Positions 10,051 through 20,222 of a stretch of 64,000 nucleotides of DNA are shown here, in pieces (position 1 is the first letter of the stretch; every line of letters starts with the position of its first letter). The notes under the pieces were generated by a model. That model was not told the origin of the DNA. It ran no database searches and saw nothing but the letters and a program-made list of their open reading frames with translations. Both the position numbers and the translations under genes were made by a program. The stretch comes from an uncultured Clostridia bacterium (GTDB taxonomy: Bacteria > Bacillota > Clostridia > TANB77 > CAG-508), in contig CAKPGU010000007.1 in NCBI GenBank assembly GCA_934155265.1, positions 6,580 through 70,579 on the forward strand, given 5' to 3'.

Positions 10051-11166
10051 CTATTCTTTTAATCTAATAGGTAAAATCATGTAAACATATTCATTGTTTT
10101 CCACAGATTTTACTAAACATGGGGATATACTTGTTCCAAATTCAACAAAAACCTCTTCATCATCTATTGCTTTTAAGCTGTCTAGGAAATATTTTGGATT
10201 AAATCCAGCTTCAATATTCTTTCCTTCAGTAGAAACAAATAATTCCTCTTTAGCTTCTCCTGTTTGATTTGTGCAAGATATTGTCATTTTTCCAATATCT
10301 ATAGAAACTTTAACAGGATATTTTTTCTCTTTTTCAATTGAAGATGCTGAAATTAAACTAATTCTCTCAAAACTATTTTGTAAACTACTTTTATTAACTC
10401 TAATTCTAGTCTCCCAATTGCTTGGTATTACTGATTTATAGTTTAAAAATTCTCCATCTAATATTCTTGTAACAACTTTACAATTTTCCATTTCGAATAA
10501 TGCTTGATTTCTTGCAATTCCTATTCTAACATGATCAAAAGAATCTAATAATATTTTATTTATTTCATTCAATGTTCTTCCTGGTATTACTGCCTTAAAA
10601 TCATTTACTTTTGTTTGTAAATAAATACTTCTTAGTGCTAATCTAAAACCGTCAACTGCAACAACATTTAACTTATTGTTTTCCACTTCGAATAAACAAC
10701 CTGTGAATATTGGTCTGTTTTCTTCGTTACTAACTGCAAATATTGTTCTTCTTATCATATTTTTTAACATATTCTGTTCTAAATCAATTGAATTTTCTAC
10801 CTCTATTTTAGGTAATTCTGGGAATTCAGAAGGATTCATTGTTGTTAGTTTATATAAAGCTCCTTCACATTCTATCTCCAATAAATTATTTTCATTTAAA
10901 GTTATATAAATCTCTGTATCTGGTAATTTTCTGATTATTTCGCTAAACATTATAGCATTTACAACTGTACTTCCTTGTTCTTTTACTTCACATTCCATTA
11001 CATATTCTATACCGATTTCTAAGTCATAAGTAGTTAATTTAATTTCTTTATCATTAGTTTGTATAAGTATTCCTTCTAGTATAGGCATTGTTGTTTTAGA
11101 TGCTACACCTTTTACTACGGAATTTAATGCTTTAAGGATATTTTCCTTATAACAAACGATTTTCAT
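10051..11166 (-). CDS. dnaN: DNA polymerase III beta sliding clamp
   Basis: MKIVCYKENILKALNSVVKGVASKTTMPILEGILI and onward, 371 aa. AAAGGAGAG RBS before ATG 11166. The track N-terminal extension to 11235 overlaps the origin AT-rich/trio DNA and is rejected. Confidence 0.97.
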   Translation of the reverse strand: MKIVCYKENILKALNSVVKGVASKTTMPILEGILIQTNDKEIKLTTYDLEIGIEYVMECEVKEQGSTVVNAIMFSEIIRKLPDTEIYITLNENNLLEIECEGALYKLTTMNPSEFPELPKIEVENSIDLEQNMLKNMIRRTIFAVSNEENRPIFTGCLFEVENNKLNVVAVDGFRLALRSIYLQTKVNDFKAVIPGRTLNEINKILLDSFDHVRIGIARNQALFEMENCKVVTRILDGEFLNYKSVIPSNWETRIRVNKSSLQNSFERISLISASSIEKEKKYPVKVSIDIGKMTISCTNQTGEAKEELFVSTEGKNIEAGFNPKYFLDSLKAIDDEEVFVEFGTSISPCLVKSVENNEYVYMILPIRLKE

Positions 11167-11169
11167 TTC

Positions 11170-11402
11170 GATCTCTCCTTTATATATTTTATTAATATTA
11201 ATATAAATATTATTAGTAGTAATAGTATTAGGCACTGTGGATAATGTGGAAAACTGTGTGGAAACTATAATTCCCTAAGGAAAAATTGTGTGTATAACTT
11301 AGTGGATAACTATTTAAATTTTCCACATTGTTTTTTTTCAAATGTGGATATATGAGTTGTTAACAGTTTATCAACACACTTTCAACATTTGGATGTGGAT
11401 AT
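11170..11402. promoter_or_regulatory. oriC, dnaA-dnaN part: DnaA-box cluster, GC cluster, TA-N trinucleotide run and AT-rich unwinding region
   Basis: Boxes TGTGGATAA 11236, TGTGGAAAA 11245, TGTGGAAAC 11257, AGTGGATAA 11301, TTTTCCACA 11319, TGTGGATAT 11343, TTATCAACA 11368, TGTGGATAT 11394. GGCAC at 11231-11235. Minus-strand TAA TAC TAT TAC TAC TAA TAA TAT at 11230-11207, then pure A/T to the dnaN RBS. Confidence 0.75.
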
Positions 11403-11501
11403 CTAATCTAGCTATTCCGTAAGTAAAGATAACTAATTTGTAACCAAACAATTGTCCATGTGAACAAATTTTCAAAAACAGTAACTAAACTATTTATTTT
11501 T

Positions 11502-12851
11502 CTATTGTTCACCATTTATAATTATGTTTTTCACACTTTCCACAATTAATCTTGTGTTATTTTTGTCTTTTACTTCTTTTTCAATTTTCTTACAAGCATG
11601 CATTACAGTTGAATGATCTCTATTGCCGAAATCCTCTCCTATCTTAGGATAAGACATATTTGCGACTTCTCTACAAAGGTACATAGCAATTTGTCTTGGG
11701 AAAGCAATTTCATTTGAACGTTTATTGCTTGCTAAATCATCTTTATTTATATTGAAATACTTTGCAACAGTTTCTTTTACGAAATCTGATGAAAGAACTT
11801 TTTCACTTGCTGCTTTAAATTCATTAATGGTATTTTCTGCTAATTCTATTGTGATTGGAGTATGTGTAAGTGATGCTGTGGCAATGATTTTGTTAAATAC
11901 TCCTTCTAATTCTCTAATGTTTGAATCAATTTTATTAGCAATATTTGCTAATATACTATCATCAACTACAATTTTTTCTTCTTGAGCTTTTTTTCTTAAA
12001 ATAGCTAAACGCGTTTCATAATCTGGGCAGGAAATATCTGCCAATAGTCCCCATTCAAATCTAGATTTTAGTCTATCTTCAAGAAACTGTATTTCTCTTG
12101 GAGGCTTATCACTAGAAATGATTATTTGCTTTTTATCTTCATATAAAGCGTTAAATGTGTGGAAAAATTCTTCTTGAACTCTTTCTTTTCCGGCAATAAA
12201 TTGAATATCGTCTATTAATAGAACATCAATTGTTCTATATTTATTCCTAAATACTTCGTTCTTATTGTCTTTGATGGCATTTATTAATTGATTTGTGAAC
12301 TTTTCAGATGTTACATATAGAATTTTTGCAGATCTGTTATTTTGCAAAATTCTATTTCCTATAGCTTGCATTAAGTGAGTTTTTCCTAATCCTACTCCAC
12401 CATATAAAAACAATGGATTGTAAGATTCACCAGGTTTATCACCTACTGCAATTGCTGCTGCATGGGCAAAACGGTTGTTATTACCAACAACAAAGGTTTC
12501 AAATGTATATTTTGGATTTAAAGTTTTGTTTGAAATTTCAATATCTCCATCTTGTACATTATTAGAAGAACTTACTTCTCCTCCTTCTACCTTTTTGCCA
12601 TTTTCGTCACAAATTACAGAAAATGTCCAATCTTTATTTGTAATGAATTTGAAAGTATTAAGAACTAGATCAGCATAACGAGTTTCTAGCATTTCTTTGC
12701 AGTAAGGTGAACTAGCTTTTAAGACGATGTTATTGTCAGTCATTTCAGTGATTTCCATAGAACTAAACCAAGTTTGAAATGCAATTTGAGTTACTTCATC
12801 TTTTAGTAAATCTTTTGCTTGATTCAATAGTTCGTCTTTGTCAATTTGCAT
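11502..12851 (-). CDS. dnaA: chromosomal replication initiator DnaA
   Basis: 449 aa from ATG 12851 (MQIDKDELLNQAKD). GGVGLGKTHLMQAIG, LLIDDIQFIAGKE, FGNRDHSTVMHACKKI. The track GTG start at 12905 overlaps DnaA boxes. Confidence 0.97.
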   Translation of the reverse strand: MQIDKDELLNQAKDLLKDEVTQIAFQTWFSSMEITEMTDNNIVLKASSPYCKEMLETRYADLVLNTFKFITNKDWTFSVICDENGKKVEGGEVSSSNNVQDGDIEISNKTLNPKYTFETFVVGNNNRFAHAAAIAVGDKPGESYNPLFLYGGVGLGKTHLMQAIGNRILQNNRSAKILYVTSEKFTNQLINAIKDNKNEVFRNKYRTIDVLLIDDIQFIAGKERVQEEFFHTFNALYEDKKQIIISSDKPPREIQFLEDRLKSRFEWGLLADISCPDYETRLAILRKKAQEEKIVVDDSILANIANKIDSNIRELEGVFNKIIATASLTHTPITIELAENTINEFKAASEKVLSSDFVKETVAKYFNINKDDLASNKRSNEIAFPRQIAMYLCREVANMSYPKIGEDFGNRDHSTVMHACKKIEKEVKDKNNTRLIVESVKNIIINGEQ

Positions 12852-12885
12852 ATTAAAACATCCTTTCAAATAAAAAATCATAAAG

Positions 12886-13096
12886 TTATCCACAAAGTTT
12901 TCCACAAGTGTGGATAACTTTGTAATATTTATGTAATAAATAGTGAATTTTCTACGAACAAATTTTTAATAGTTTTTGATTAAAAAATCCCCTACTTTTC
13001 TTTTTCTGTATAATATCAAAATTTTATACAATAAGTCAAGATAGTTGTGGATAATTTTCAAAAAAATGTGGAAAAGCACAAAAAAATTGTGGAAAA
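12886..13096. promoter_or_regulatory. oriC, upstream-of-dnaA DnaA-box cluster (also the dnaA promoter region)
   Basis: TTATCCACA 12886, TTTTCCACA 12898, TGTGGATAA 12909, TGTGGATAA 13046, TGTGGAAAA 13067, TGTGGAAAA 13088. Confidence 0.75.
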
Positions 13097-13221
13097 CTAT
13101 ACTTTTATGACAAAAATATTACAAAAAAATTAAAATTTTTTATATTTTATACAATATTTTTTTTGCAAAATCAATATAAAAAAATCAAAAAGTAAAAAAA
13201 GTGGAATTTTGCCAAAAACTA

Positions 13222-13251
13222 TTGACAAGCGTTGTAAGAATGGTGTATAAT
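13222..13251 (+). promoter_or_regulatory. sigmaA-type promoter of the rpmH operon
   Basis: TTGACA (13222-13227), 18 nt, TATAAT (13246-13251). Confidence 0.6.
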
Positions 13252-13327
13252 CGATGTACTTGTTATTTTGTAACAAATTTCCAAAATGGAATTGATATAT
13301 AACAAAAAAATAGGAGGTGCAATAATA

Positions 13328-13462
13328 ATGAAAAGAACATTCCAACCAAAAAATAGACAAGAAAAGAAAGAACATGGATTTATGAAAAGAATGTCAACAA
13401 GATCAGGAAGAAATGTATTAAAAGCAAGAAGAGCAAAAGGAAGAAAAAAAATCTGTGCTTAG
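13328..13462 (+). CDS. rpmH: 50S ribosomal protein L34
   Basis: Hand translation: [44 protein letters not shown] (44 aa). GGAGGTG RBS. Below the ORF-track size cut-off. Confidence 0.95.
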   Translation: MKRTFQPKNRQEKKEHGFMKRMSTRSGRNVLKARRAKGRKKICA

Positions 13463-13468
13463 AATGGA

Positions 13469-13500
13469 AACTAAAGGTCTAGGCCTTTAGTTGTTTTATT
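13469..13500 (+). terminator. hairpin plus T-rich tail after rpmH
   Basis: AACTAAAGG tctagg CCTTTAGTT followed by GTTTTATT. Confidence 0.55.
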
Positions 13501-13537
13501 ATTCCTAATAAAGCTCTTTTATTAAGGGAGTAGGAAA

Positions 13538-13894
13538 ATGAAAAAAACAGAAATGCTTAAAAAAAATTATGAATTTAAAAATGTACTATCAAAAGGAAAA
13601 TTTTTCAAAGAAAAAGAAATTGAAATATTTTTATTAAAAAATAATAAAAAAAGGAATTTATTAGGAATTGCAGTAGGCACAAAAAATGGAAAAGCTTTCC
13701 AAAGAAATAGAGCAAAAAGAATAATAAGAGAAAGCTATACAAAGCTTGAAAATCAATTGACAGAAGGAAATAGTATAGTAATAATAATAAATAAAAATTT
13801 TTGTATTGATGATATGAGTTTCATAGAAGTTTATCAAGAAATGAAAAACATATTTGAAAAAGCCAAAATATTGAAAAAAGAAGAAGAAATATGA
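13538..13894 (+). CDS. rnpA: ribonuclease P protein component
   Basis: 118 aa basic protein immediately after rpmH, with conserved context rpmH-rnpA-yidD-yidC. GGGAG RBS. Confidence 0.9.
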   Translation: MKKTEMLKKNYEFKNVLSKGKFFKEKEIEIFLLKNNKKRNLLGIAVGTKNGKAFQRNRAKRIIRESYTKLENQLTEGNSIVIIINKNFCIDDMSFIEVYQEMKNIFEKAKILKKEEEI

Positions 13895-14109
13895 AAAAAA
13901 TATGTATATATTTAATTGAATGGTATCAAAAGAATATATCTAATTTTTTTAAAAATAGAAATATAAGATGCAAATATTATCCTAGTTGTTCAGAATATAC
14001 TAAACAAGCAATAGAAAAATATGGAGTAATAAAAGGGAGTATATTAGGAATAAAAAGGATTTTAAAATGTAATCCTTTTTCTAAGGGAGGATATGATCCA
14101 TTAAAATAG
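13891..14109 (+). CDS. yidD: membrane protein insertion efficiency factor YidD
   Basis: 72 aa. [19 protein letters not shown] motif. 4-nt overlap with rnpA. Confidence 0.9.
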   Translation: MKKICIYLIEWYQKNISNFFKNRNIRCKYYPSCSEYTKQAIEKYGVIKGSILGIKRILKCNPFSKGGYDPLK

Positions 14110-14123
14110 AAAGGGGCAAAGAG

Positions 14124-15044
14124 ATGATAGCATTTTTTGCAAATATATTTGGATATGTATTAAATTTTATTTATGAATTAGTAAAAAATTATGGTTTGGC
14201 AATTATTATTTTTTCTGTATTAATAAAAATTTTAATGATACCAATATCAATAAAACAACAAAAAACTATAAAAAAATCAGCTAAAATTCAATCCAAAATG
14301 AAAGAAATACAATTTAAATATAAAAATAATCCAGAACAGTTAAATCAAGCTACAATGGAACTTTATAAATCAGAAAATATGAGTCCATTTAGTGGTTGTT
14401 TAAGTGGAATTATACAAATCATATTACTATTTGCAGTATTTTACTTAGTGCGTTCACCATTAACATATATGAAAAAAGTTAATCCAGACGTAATAAATAA
14501 ATATTCAACAATCATAAAAGAAAATGATTTAAGTACAAATAGTGCATATCCTGAAATTGAAATAATTAGGGAATTAGATAATATTAAAAACTTAAAAAAT
14601 AATCAAGAAACTCAAGATAGTGAAGAGCAAAAAACAGATTTAGCTGAAATTAATGATGAAGAAGTAGATTCTTTATACATAAACATGGACTTTTTAGGAC
14701 TTAATTTAGCACAAGTTCCAACAAGAAGTTCTGATTGGAAAGCATATATAATACCAATTTTATATGTAATTATAGCTATAATTTCAATGAGAATAACAAA
14801 TCCTACAAAACCAAAAGAAAAACCAGTTGAAAATAAAGATGAAAAAGCATTAGCTAAGCCAGAAGAAGAGTTTGATCCAATGGCTCAGATGAATAAAAAT
14901 ATGAATATGATGTTTCCTGTTATGTATTTAGCAGTAGCATTAATAGCACCATTAGGATTAGCACTATATTGGCTAATGAATAGTTTATTGATGATTTTTG
15001 AAAGATTAATTTTAAATAAACTATTAAAAGACGAGGAGGAATAG
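14124..15044 (+). CDS. yidC: membrane protein insertase YidC/SpoIIIJ family
   Basis: 306 aa polytopic protein. YGLAIIIFSVLIKILMIPISIKQQKT and C-terminal PLGLALYWLMNSLLMI. Carries an acidic insert around residues 150-185. Confidence 0.9.
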   Translation: MIAFFANIFGYVLNFIYELVKNYGLAIIIFSVLIKILMIPISIKQQKTIKKSAKIQSKMKEIQFKYKNNPEQLNQATMELYKSENMSPFSGCLSGIIQIILLFAVFYLVRSPLTYMKKVNPDVINKYSTIIKENDLSTNSAYPEIEIIRELDNIKNLKNNQETQDSEEQKTDLAEINDEEVDSLYINMDFLGLNLAQVPTRSSDWKAYIIPILYVIIAIISMRITNPTKPKEKPVENKDEKALAKPEEEFDPMAQMNKNMNMMFPVMYLAVALIAPLGLALYWLMNSLLMIFERLILNKLLKDEEE

Positions 15045-15047
15045 AAA

Positions 15048-15722
15048 ATGGCAAAATGTATTATTTCAGAAGGAAAAACAACATCAGAAGCTATTGAAAA
15101 AGGCTTAAAAGAAATTGGTTTACCAAAAGAATTAGTTGAAATTAAAGTATTAGAAGAAAATAAAAAGAGTTTTTTTGATATATTAGCACCTAAAATAGTA
15201 AAAGTAGAGTTAAAAGAAAAAGAAGCAAAAAAACCAGAAGAATTTGAAATTGAGACAACAGAGCAAGAACTAGAAGAAGCAAAAAGTGAATTAGATAAAT
15301 TTTTAAAAGAATTTGTAGAAAAGTTTAATAATGAAACAACATATACAATTGAAATAAAGGAAAAATGTATTTATATTTCAATAAATGGGGAAAATGTTGG
15401 AAACCTTATAGGATATAGGGGAGAGGCTTTATATGCATTAGAAAATATATTAAAAGCATTGGCAAATAAAAATTCAGAAAATAGAGTTATTGTTAGATTA
15501 GATATAGAAAATTATAAAGAAAAAAGAATAAAAACTCTTCAAGATGTAGCTGCAAAAAAGGCTAGAATAGTTGAAAAAACAGGAAAAATGATAACGTTAG
15601 AACCAATGCAAGCATATGAAAGAAAAGTAATTCACAGCTTTTTACAAAATAATCCCAAAGTAGAAACAAGAAGTATTGGCCAAGAACCAAGAAGAAGAAT
15701 AGTAATTTCAAAAATAGATTAA
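15048..15722 (+). CDS. jag: Jag/KhpB-type RNA-binding protein (Jag_N, KH, R3H)
   Basis: 224 aa. GYRGEALYALENI (KH-like) and MQAYERKVIHSFL (R3H-like). Conserved position after yidC. Confidence 0.85.
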   Translation: MAKCIISEGKTTSEAIEKGLKEIGLPKELVEIKVLEENKKSFFDILAPKIVKVELKEKEAKKPEEFEIETTEQELEEAKSELDKFLKEFVEKFNNETTYTIEIKEKCIYISINGENVGNLIGYRGEALYALENILKALANKNSENRVIVRLDIENYKEKRIKTLQDVAAKKARIVEKTGKMITLEPMQAYERKVIHSFLQNNPKVETRSIGQEPRRRIVISKID

Positions 15723-15731
15723 TAAAAATCG

Positions 15732-15794
15732 GAAGTCAAAGTTCAGATTTTAATCATGCAAAAGATTAAAAGACTTTGACTTCTTATTTTTTTA
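15732..15794 (+). terminator. rho-independent terminator after jag
   Basis: GAAGTCAAAGT ... ACTTTGACTTC stem followed by TTATTTTTTT. Confidence 0.6.
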
Positions 15795-15809
15795 GAATGG
15801 AGGAATAAA

Positions 15810-17180
15810 ATGAGTACAATAGCATCAATCTCTACGGCACCAGGAATTGGCGGGATTGGAATAATTCGAATGAGTGGAGAAAAATCATTTGAAGTTTTAG
15901 ATAAAATATTTATTGCAAAAAATAAACAAAATATTGATGAAATAAAAGGATATACCATTAAATACGGAAATATAGTGGAAGATGGGAATGTTATAGATGA
16001 AGTTTTAGTTTCATATTTTAAAGCACCAAGGAGTTATACAACTGAAAATATGTGTGAAATTAATTCACATGGTGGAACAGTAATAGTAAGAAAAATACTA
16101 GAATTATGCTTGAAAAATGGAGCTGAGCTTGCGGAGCCAGGGGAATTCACAAAAAGAGCATTTTTAAATGGTAGAATAGATTTAGCACAAGCAGAATCTG
16201 TAATTGATGTAATTAATGCAAAATCTGATAAAGAGGCAAAAAGTGGAATAAAGCAGTTAGAAGGATTTTTGTCAAAGGAAATTAAAGAAATTAAACAAGA
16301 AATTATGGATGTACTAGTAAATATAGAAGTTACAATTGATTATCCAGAATATGATACGCCAGAAGTTCAACAAGAGGAATTAAGTAAAATGCTACAAAGC
16401 GTAGGGCAAAGGCTAATTAAGTTAGAAAAATCTTTTGATAATGGTAAAATTATAAAAGAAGGTATTAAAACTGCAATTATAGGTAAGCCAAATGCAGGAA
16501 AATCATCTCTTTTAAATGCAATCTTAAAAGAAGATAGAGCAATTGTAACAGATATTGCAGGGACTACAAGAGATACAATTGAAGAATTTGTAACAATTAA
16601 TGGAATACCTTTAAAATTAATAGATACAGCAGGTATTAGGGAAGCTTCTGATAAGGTAGAAAAAATAGGAGTAGAAAAATCAATTAAATTAGCAGAAGAA
16701 GCAGATCTAGTAATAGCTATTTTTGATAGTTCTAAGGAATTAACAGAAGAAGATATTGAAATTTTAAAATTAATAGAAAATAAAAAGTCTATAATTTTAT
16801 TAAATAAAAATGATTTAAATTCAGTAATTTCAGAAAATGATGAAAAATTAAAAAAGGCAAGTAAAAATATATTAAAGATTTCTGCATTAAATAAAACTGG
16901 AATAGATGAATTATATGAAAAAATTTCTGAATTATTTAATTTAAATGAAATTAATTTAGATAATGATATATTAATTACAAATGTTAGACACAAAAATATA
17001 ATTTCAAAGTCTTTAGAAAACGTTAAAAAAGCAAATGAGGCGTTAAATATGAATATGCCTATTGATATTATAACTATTTATATAAAAGAGATTCTAGAGG
17101 ATTTAGGAGAGATTACAGGTGAAGTTGTAACTGAAGATATAATAAATGAAATTTTTTCTAAATTCTGTCTTGGAAAATAA
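15810..17180 (+). CDS. mnmE: tRNA modification GTPase MnmE
   Basis: 456 aa. GKPNAGKSSLLN, DTAGIRE, C-terminal FCLGK. Confidence 0.97.
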   Translation: MSTIASISTAPGIGGIGIIRMSGEKSFEVLDKIFIAKNKQNIDEIKGYTIKYGNIVEDGNVIDEVLVSYFKAPRSYTTENMCEINSHGGTVIVRKILELCLKNGAELAEPGEFTKRAFLNGRIDLAQAESVIDVINAKSDKEAKSGIKQLEGFLSKEIKEIKQEIMDVLVNIEVTIDYPEYDTPEVQQEELSKMLQSVGQRLIKLEKSFDNGKIIKEGIKTAIIGKPNAGKSSLLNAILKEDRAIVTDIAGTTRDTIEEFVTINGIPLKLIDTAGIREASDKVEKIGVEKSIKLAEEADLVIAIFDSSKELTEEDIEILKLIENKKSIILLNKNDLNSVISENDEKLKKASKNILKISALNKTGIDELYEKISELFNLNEINLDNDILITNVRHKNIISKSLENVKKANEALNMNMPIDIITIYIKEILEDLGEITGEVVTEDIINEIFSKFCLGK

Positions 17181-17327
17181 ACTCTTAAAATCAAAAATAA
17201 GACAATTAAATTCCAAATAGATATAATTTCATATAAAATAGTTTAAAACTAAAATATGAGGAAAATAAAAAGAAATAGAACGACATATAAATATAATATT
17301 AAATGTAAAAAAAGGAGAGGGAAGAAA

Positions 17328-19196
17328 ATGAGTTACTATGCAGGTGAATATGATATAGTAGTAATTGGAGCAGGACATGCTGGATGCGAAGCTGCACTAG
17401 CTGCAGCAAGACTTGGAATGAAAACAGCAATATTTTCAATTAGTTTAGAGGCTGTTGCAAATATGCCATGTAATCCACATATAGGTGGAAGTTCAAAAGG
17501 ACATCTTGTAAGAGAAATAGATGCACTTGGTGGAGAAATGGGTAAAAATATTGATAAAACAATGATACAAATAAAAATGCTAAATACCTCAAAAGGGCCA
17601 GCTGTGCACTCTTTAAGGGCACAAGCAGATAGAAAAAGATATCAAATGGAAATGAAACATACTTTGGAAAAACAAGAAAATTTAGATTTAAAACAAGCAG
17701 AAATAGTAGACATAAAGTTAGAAGGCAATAAAGTGAAATCTATTCAAACAGATGTAGGAGCAATATATAATGTAAAATCAATTATAGTTGCAACAGGTAC
17801 ATATTTAAAAGGAAAAATATTTATAGGAGATTATTCAAAAGAAAGTGGCCCAGATGGTGTATTTCCAGCTAATAAGCTATCTGAATGTTTAAAAGGATTA
17901 GGTGTTAATTTAGTTAGATTTAAAACAGGAACACCAGCAAGAATTAATAAAAAAAGTATAGATTTTTCAAAGATGGAAGTTCAAAAAGGGGATGTAGACA
18001 TAATACCATTTTCTTTTGAAGATAAAATGAAACAATTTGACCAGGTAGATTGTTATTTAACATATACAAATGCAGAAACACATAAGATTATTAGAGATAA
18101 TTTACATAGATCACCATTATATGCAGGTGTTATAGAGGGAACAGGCCCAAGATATTGTCCATCTATAGAAGATAAAGTTGTAAGATTTGCAGATAAAGAA
18201 AGACATCAAGTTTTCGTCGAGCCAATAGGCATAGATACAGATGAAATGTATATTCAAGGAATGAGTTCATCATTACCAGAAGATGTGCAAATAGCGATGT
18301 ATAGGACGCTTCCAGGGCTTGAACATTGTGAATTTACAAGACCTGCATATGCAATAGAATATGATTGTATAGATCCTGCAGATTTAAAATTATCACTAGA
18401 ATATAAGAAAATTGATGGATTATTTTTTGCTGGACAAACAAATGGAACTTCTGGATACGAAGAGGCTGCATGTCAAGGACTAATTGCAGGAATAAATGCT
18501 TCACAAAAGATAAAAGGAAAAGAGCCTTTAATATTAGATAGAACAGAAGCTTATATAGGAGTTTTAATTGATGATATTGTAACAAAAGGAACAAATGAAC
18601 CATACAGAATGATGACTTCTAGAGCGGAATACAGACTTTTATTAAGACAAGATAATGCAGATTTACGTTTAACTGAAAAAGGACATGAAATTGGATTGAT
18701 TTCTGATGAAAGATATAATAAATTTTTAGATAAAAAACAAAAAATTGAAGCAGAAAAGAAAAGATTAGAAGAAACAATAGTAAGACCAACAGAAGAAGTA
18801 AACGAATTTTTAAGAAATCAAGGAACTTCTGAGCTTACAACAGGTTCAAAATTATCAGAATTATTAAAAAGAGCAGAAATTTCTTATGCTTCACTTGCAG
18901 CAATAGATAAAGATAGACCAGAATTAGGAGAACAAGTAAAAGAAGAAGTAGAAATTCAAGTAAAATATGATGGATATATAAAAATGCAAGAGGCTCAAGT
19001 AGAAAAATTCAAAAAAATGGAGAAAAAATTATTACCAGAGGACTTAGATTACAATACAGTTAAAGGAATTAGCTTAGAAGCTAGACAAAAATTAAATAAA
19101 CATAAGCCACATTCAATAGGACAAGCTTCTAGAATTTCAGGAGTGTCTCCTGCAGACATTTCTGTATTACTTGTATTTTTACAAACAAAGAGATAG
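17328..19196 (+). CDS. mnmG: tRNA uridine 5-carboxymethylaminomethyl modification enzyme MnmG
   Basis: ATG 17328 ([28 protein letters not shown]) preceded by an AAGGAGAGGG RBS. The track extension from 17256 is rejected. Confidence 0.97.
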   Translation: MSYYAGEYDIVVIGAGHAGCEAALAAARLGMKTAIFSISLEAVANMPCNPHIGGSSKGHLVREIDALGGEMGKNIDKTMIQIKMLNTSKGPAVHSLRAQADRKRYQMEMKHTLEKQENLDLKQAEIVDIKLEGNKVKSIQTDVGAIYNVKSIIVATGTYLKGKIFIGDYSKESGPDGVFPANKLSECLKGLGVNLVRFKTGTPARINKKSIDFSKMEVQKGDVDIIPFSFEDKMKQFDQVDCYLTYTNAETHKIIRDNLHRSPLYAGVIEGTGPRYCPSIEDKVVRFADKERHQVFVEPIGIDTDEMYIQGMSSSLPEDVQIAMYRTLPGLEHCEFTRPAYAIEYDCIDPADLKLSLEYKKIDGLFFAGQTNGTSGYEEAACQGLIAGINASQKIKGKEPLILDRTEAYIGVLIDDIVTKGTNEPYRMMTSRAEYRLLLRQDNADLRLTEKGHEIGLISDERYNKFLDKKQKIEAEKKRLEETIVRPTEEVNEFLRNQGTSELTTGSKLSELLKRAEISYASLAAIDKDRPELGEQVKEEVEIQVKYDGYIKMQEAQVEKFKKMEKKLLPEDLDYNTVKGISLEARQKLNKHKPHSIGQASRISGVSPADISVLLVFLQTKR

Positions 19197-19208
19197 GAGA
19201 ATTATGAT

Positions 19209-19931
19209 ATGAATAATAGTGTATTTAACGAGGAGCTACTAGAAAAATCTGATATTATAGGTGTTCGTTTTTCTGTGGAGCAGATGGAGCAATTTTATAA
19301 ATATATGAATTTATTAATTGAATGGAATGAAAAAATGAATTTAACAGCAATAATTGAACCAGAAGAAATTATACAAAAACATTTTATTGATTCTTTAACT
19401 ATATTAAATAGGATAGAAGATAATAAAAGTGTAGTTGATGTTGGAACAGGAGCTGGTTTCCCAGGAATTCCATTAAGTATAATGAATCCTACATTAAAAA
19501 TAACATTAGTTGATTCTTTAAATAAGAGATTAGTGTTTCTACAAGAGGTTATTAATCAATTAGGATTGAAAAATGTAGAATTAGTTCATGCTAGAGCAGA
19601 GGATTTTGGACAAAATAAAAAATATAGGGAGAAATTTGATGTTGCAACTTCAAGAGCAGTAGCAAATTTATCAACATTGTCAGAATATTTAATTCCACTT
19701 GTTAAAGTTGGAGGAAAATGCATTTGTATGAAGGCTGCAAATGCAACAGAAGAAATTGATCAAGCTAAAAAAGCTATATCAGTTTTGTGTGGAGCAATTT
19801 CTAAAGTTGATGAATTTTGCTTACCACAGAGCGATATTGGAAGAACAATAATAGAAATTAAAAAAGAGAAGCAAACACCAAATAAATATCCAAGAAAAGC
19901 TGGTCTTCCAAGCAAAGAACCAATTAAATAA
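19209..19931 (+). CDS. rsmG: 16S rRNA (guanine527-N7)-methyltransferase RsmG
   Basis: 240 aa. VVDVGTGAGFPGIPL SAM motif. Conserved mnmE-mnmG-rsmG order. Confidence 0.93.
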   Translation: MNNSVFNEELLEKSDIIGVRFSVEQMEQFYKYMNLLIEWNEKMNLTAIIEPEEIIQKHFIDSLTILNRIEDNKSVVDVGTGAGFPGIPLSIMNPTLKITLVDSLNKRLVFLQEVINQLGLKNVELVHARAEDFGQNKKYREKFDVATSRAVANLSTLSEYLIPLVKVGGKCICMKAANATEEIDQAKKAISVLCGAISKVDEFCLPQSDIGRTIIEIKKEKQTPNKYPRKAGLPSKEPIK

Positions 19932-19944
19932 TAAATGATCATAT

Positions 19945-20078
19945 AAAAGAAGAGAACATATAAATATATTTTCGTTATCCCCATTCTAAAAATTCTTACA
20001 AAAGTTTATTCAAACTTTTGAGAATTTTTGAACGGTCCCCACAATTTCACTTAATATATTTATATGTTCTCTTCTTTT
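19945..20078. repeat. 26-bp perfect inverted repeat enclosing an 82-nt insert with a nested hairpin
   Basis: AAAAGAAGAGAACATATAAATATATT (19945-19970) is the exact reverse complement of 20053-20078. Inner hairpin AAAATTCTTACAAAAGTTT attc AAACTTTTGAGAATTTT. T-run follows. Confidence 0.85.
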
Positions 20079-20109
20079 TTTGGCTTTTAAAAATTTTTTT
20101 GGTTAAAAT

Positions 20110-20151
20110 TGTCGAAAATGCATTGACAGATTTTTAAATATTATATATTAT
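20110..20151 (+). promoter_or_regulatory. candidate soj-spo0J promoter with an upstream Spo0A-box-like heptamer
   Basis: TGTCGAA (20110-20116), 6 nt, TTGACA (20123-20128), 17 nt, TATTAT (20146-20151). Confidence 0.45.
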
Positions 20152-20222
20152 ATTAATGGTTGCAAAAAATAACTTTTAAACAAAAATACTAACAAGATGA
20201 AACTGAAAGGAAGGGAATAAAC

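Noticed and set aside
11167-11235. N-terminal extension of dnaN in the ORF track (MPNTITTNNIYININKIYKGEIE)
   Set aside because: It covers the AT-rich/trinucleotide origin DNA, has no RBS, and the conserved DnaN sequence begins at ATG 11166 with a good RBS. Similar extensions were rejected for dnaA (12852-12905, overlapping DnaA boxes), mnmG (17256-17327), recF, spoIIR, the ttcA-like gene and the GT4 gene.
13130-13375. 81-aa minus-strand ORF between oriC and rpmH
   Set aside because: It overlaps the rpmH promoter and start codon. Low-complexity Phe/Leu sequence, no RBS.
16367-16993. 208-aa antisense ORF inside mnmE, and similar antisense or alternate-frame ORFs (32-346, 729-1120, 3353-3736, 4740-4949, 8263-8529, 10676-10909, 11725-11985, 12475-12678, 17440-17622, 18334-18603, 20189-20485, 21489-21710, 23341-23658, 24087-24359, 24849-25055, 26260-26589, 27443-27778, 29041-29508, 30217-30402, 30529-30825, 34994-35290, 36340-36522, 43093-43290, 44118-44366, 44451-44639, 44794-45168, 47425-47712, 50110-50322, 54422-54670, 57212-57496, 58316-59027, 60401-61189, 61425-61999, 63036-63647)
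   Set aside because: All lie within or opposite ORFs with strong family signatures. They translate to low-complexity Leu/Phe/Ile/Ser-rich strings typical of the antisense of AT-rich genes, and they lack RBSs.
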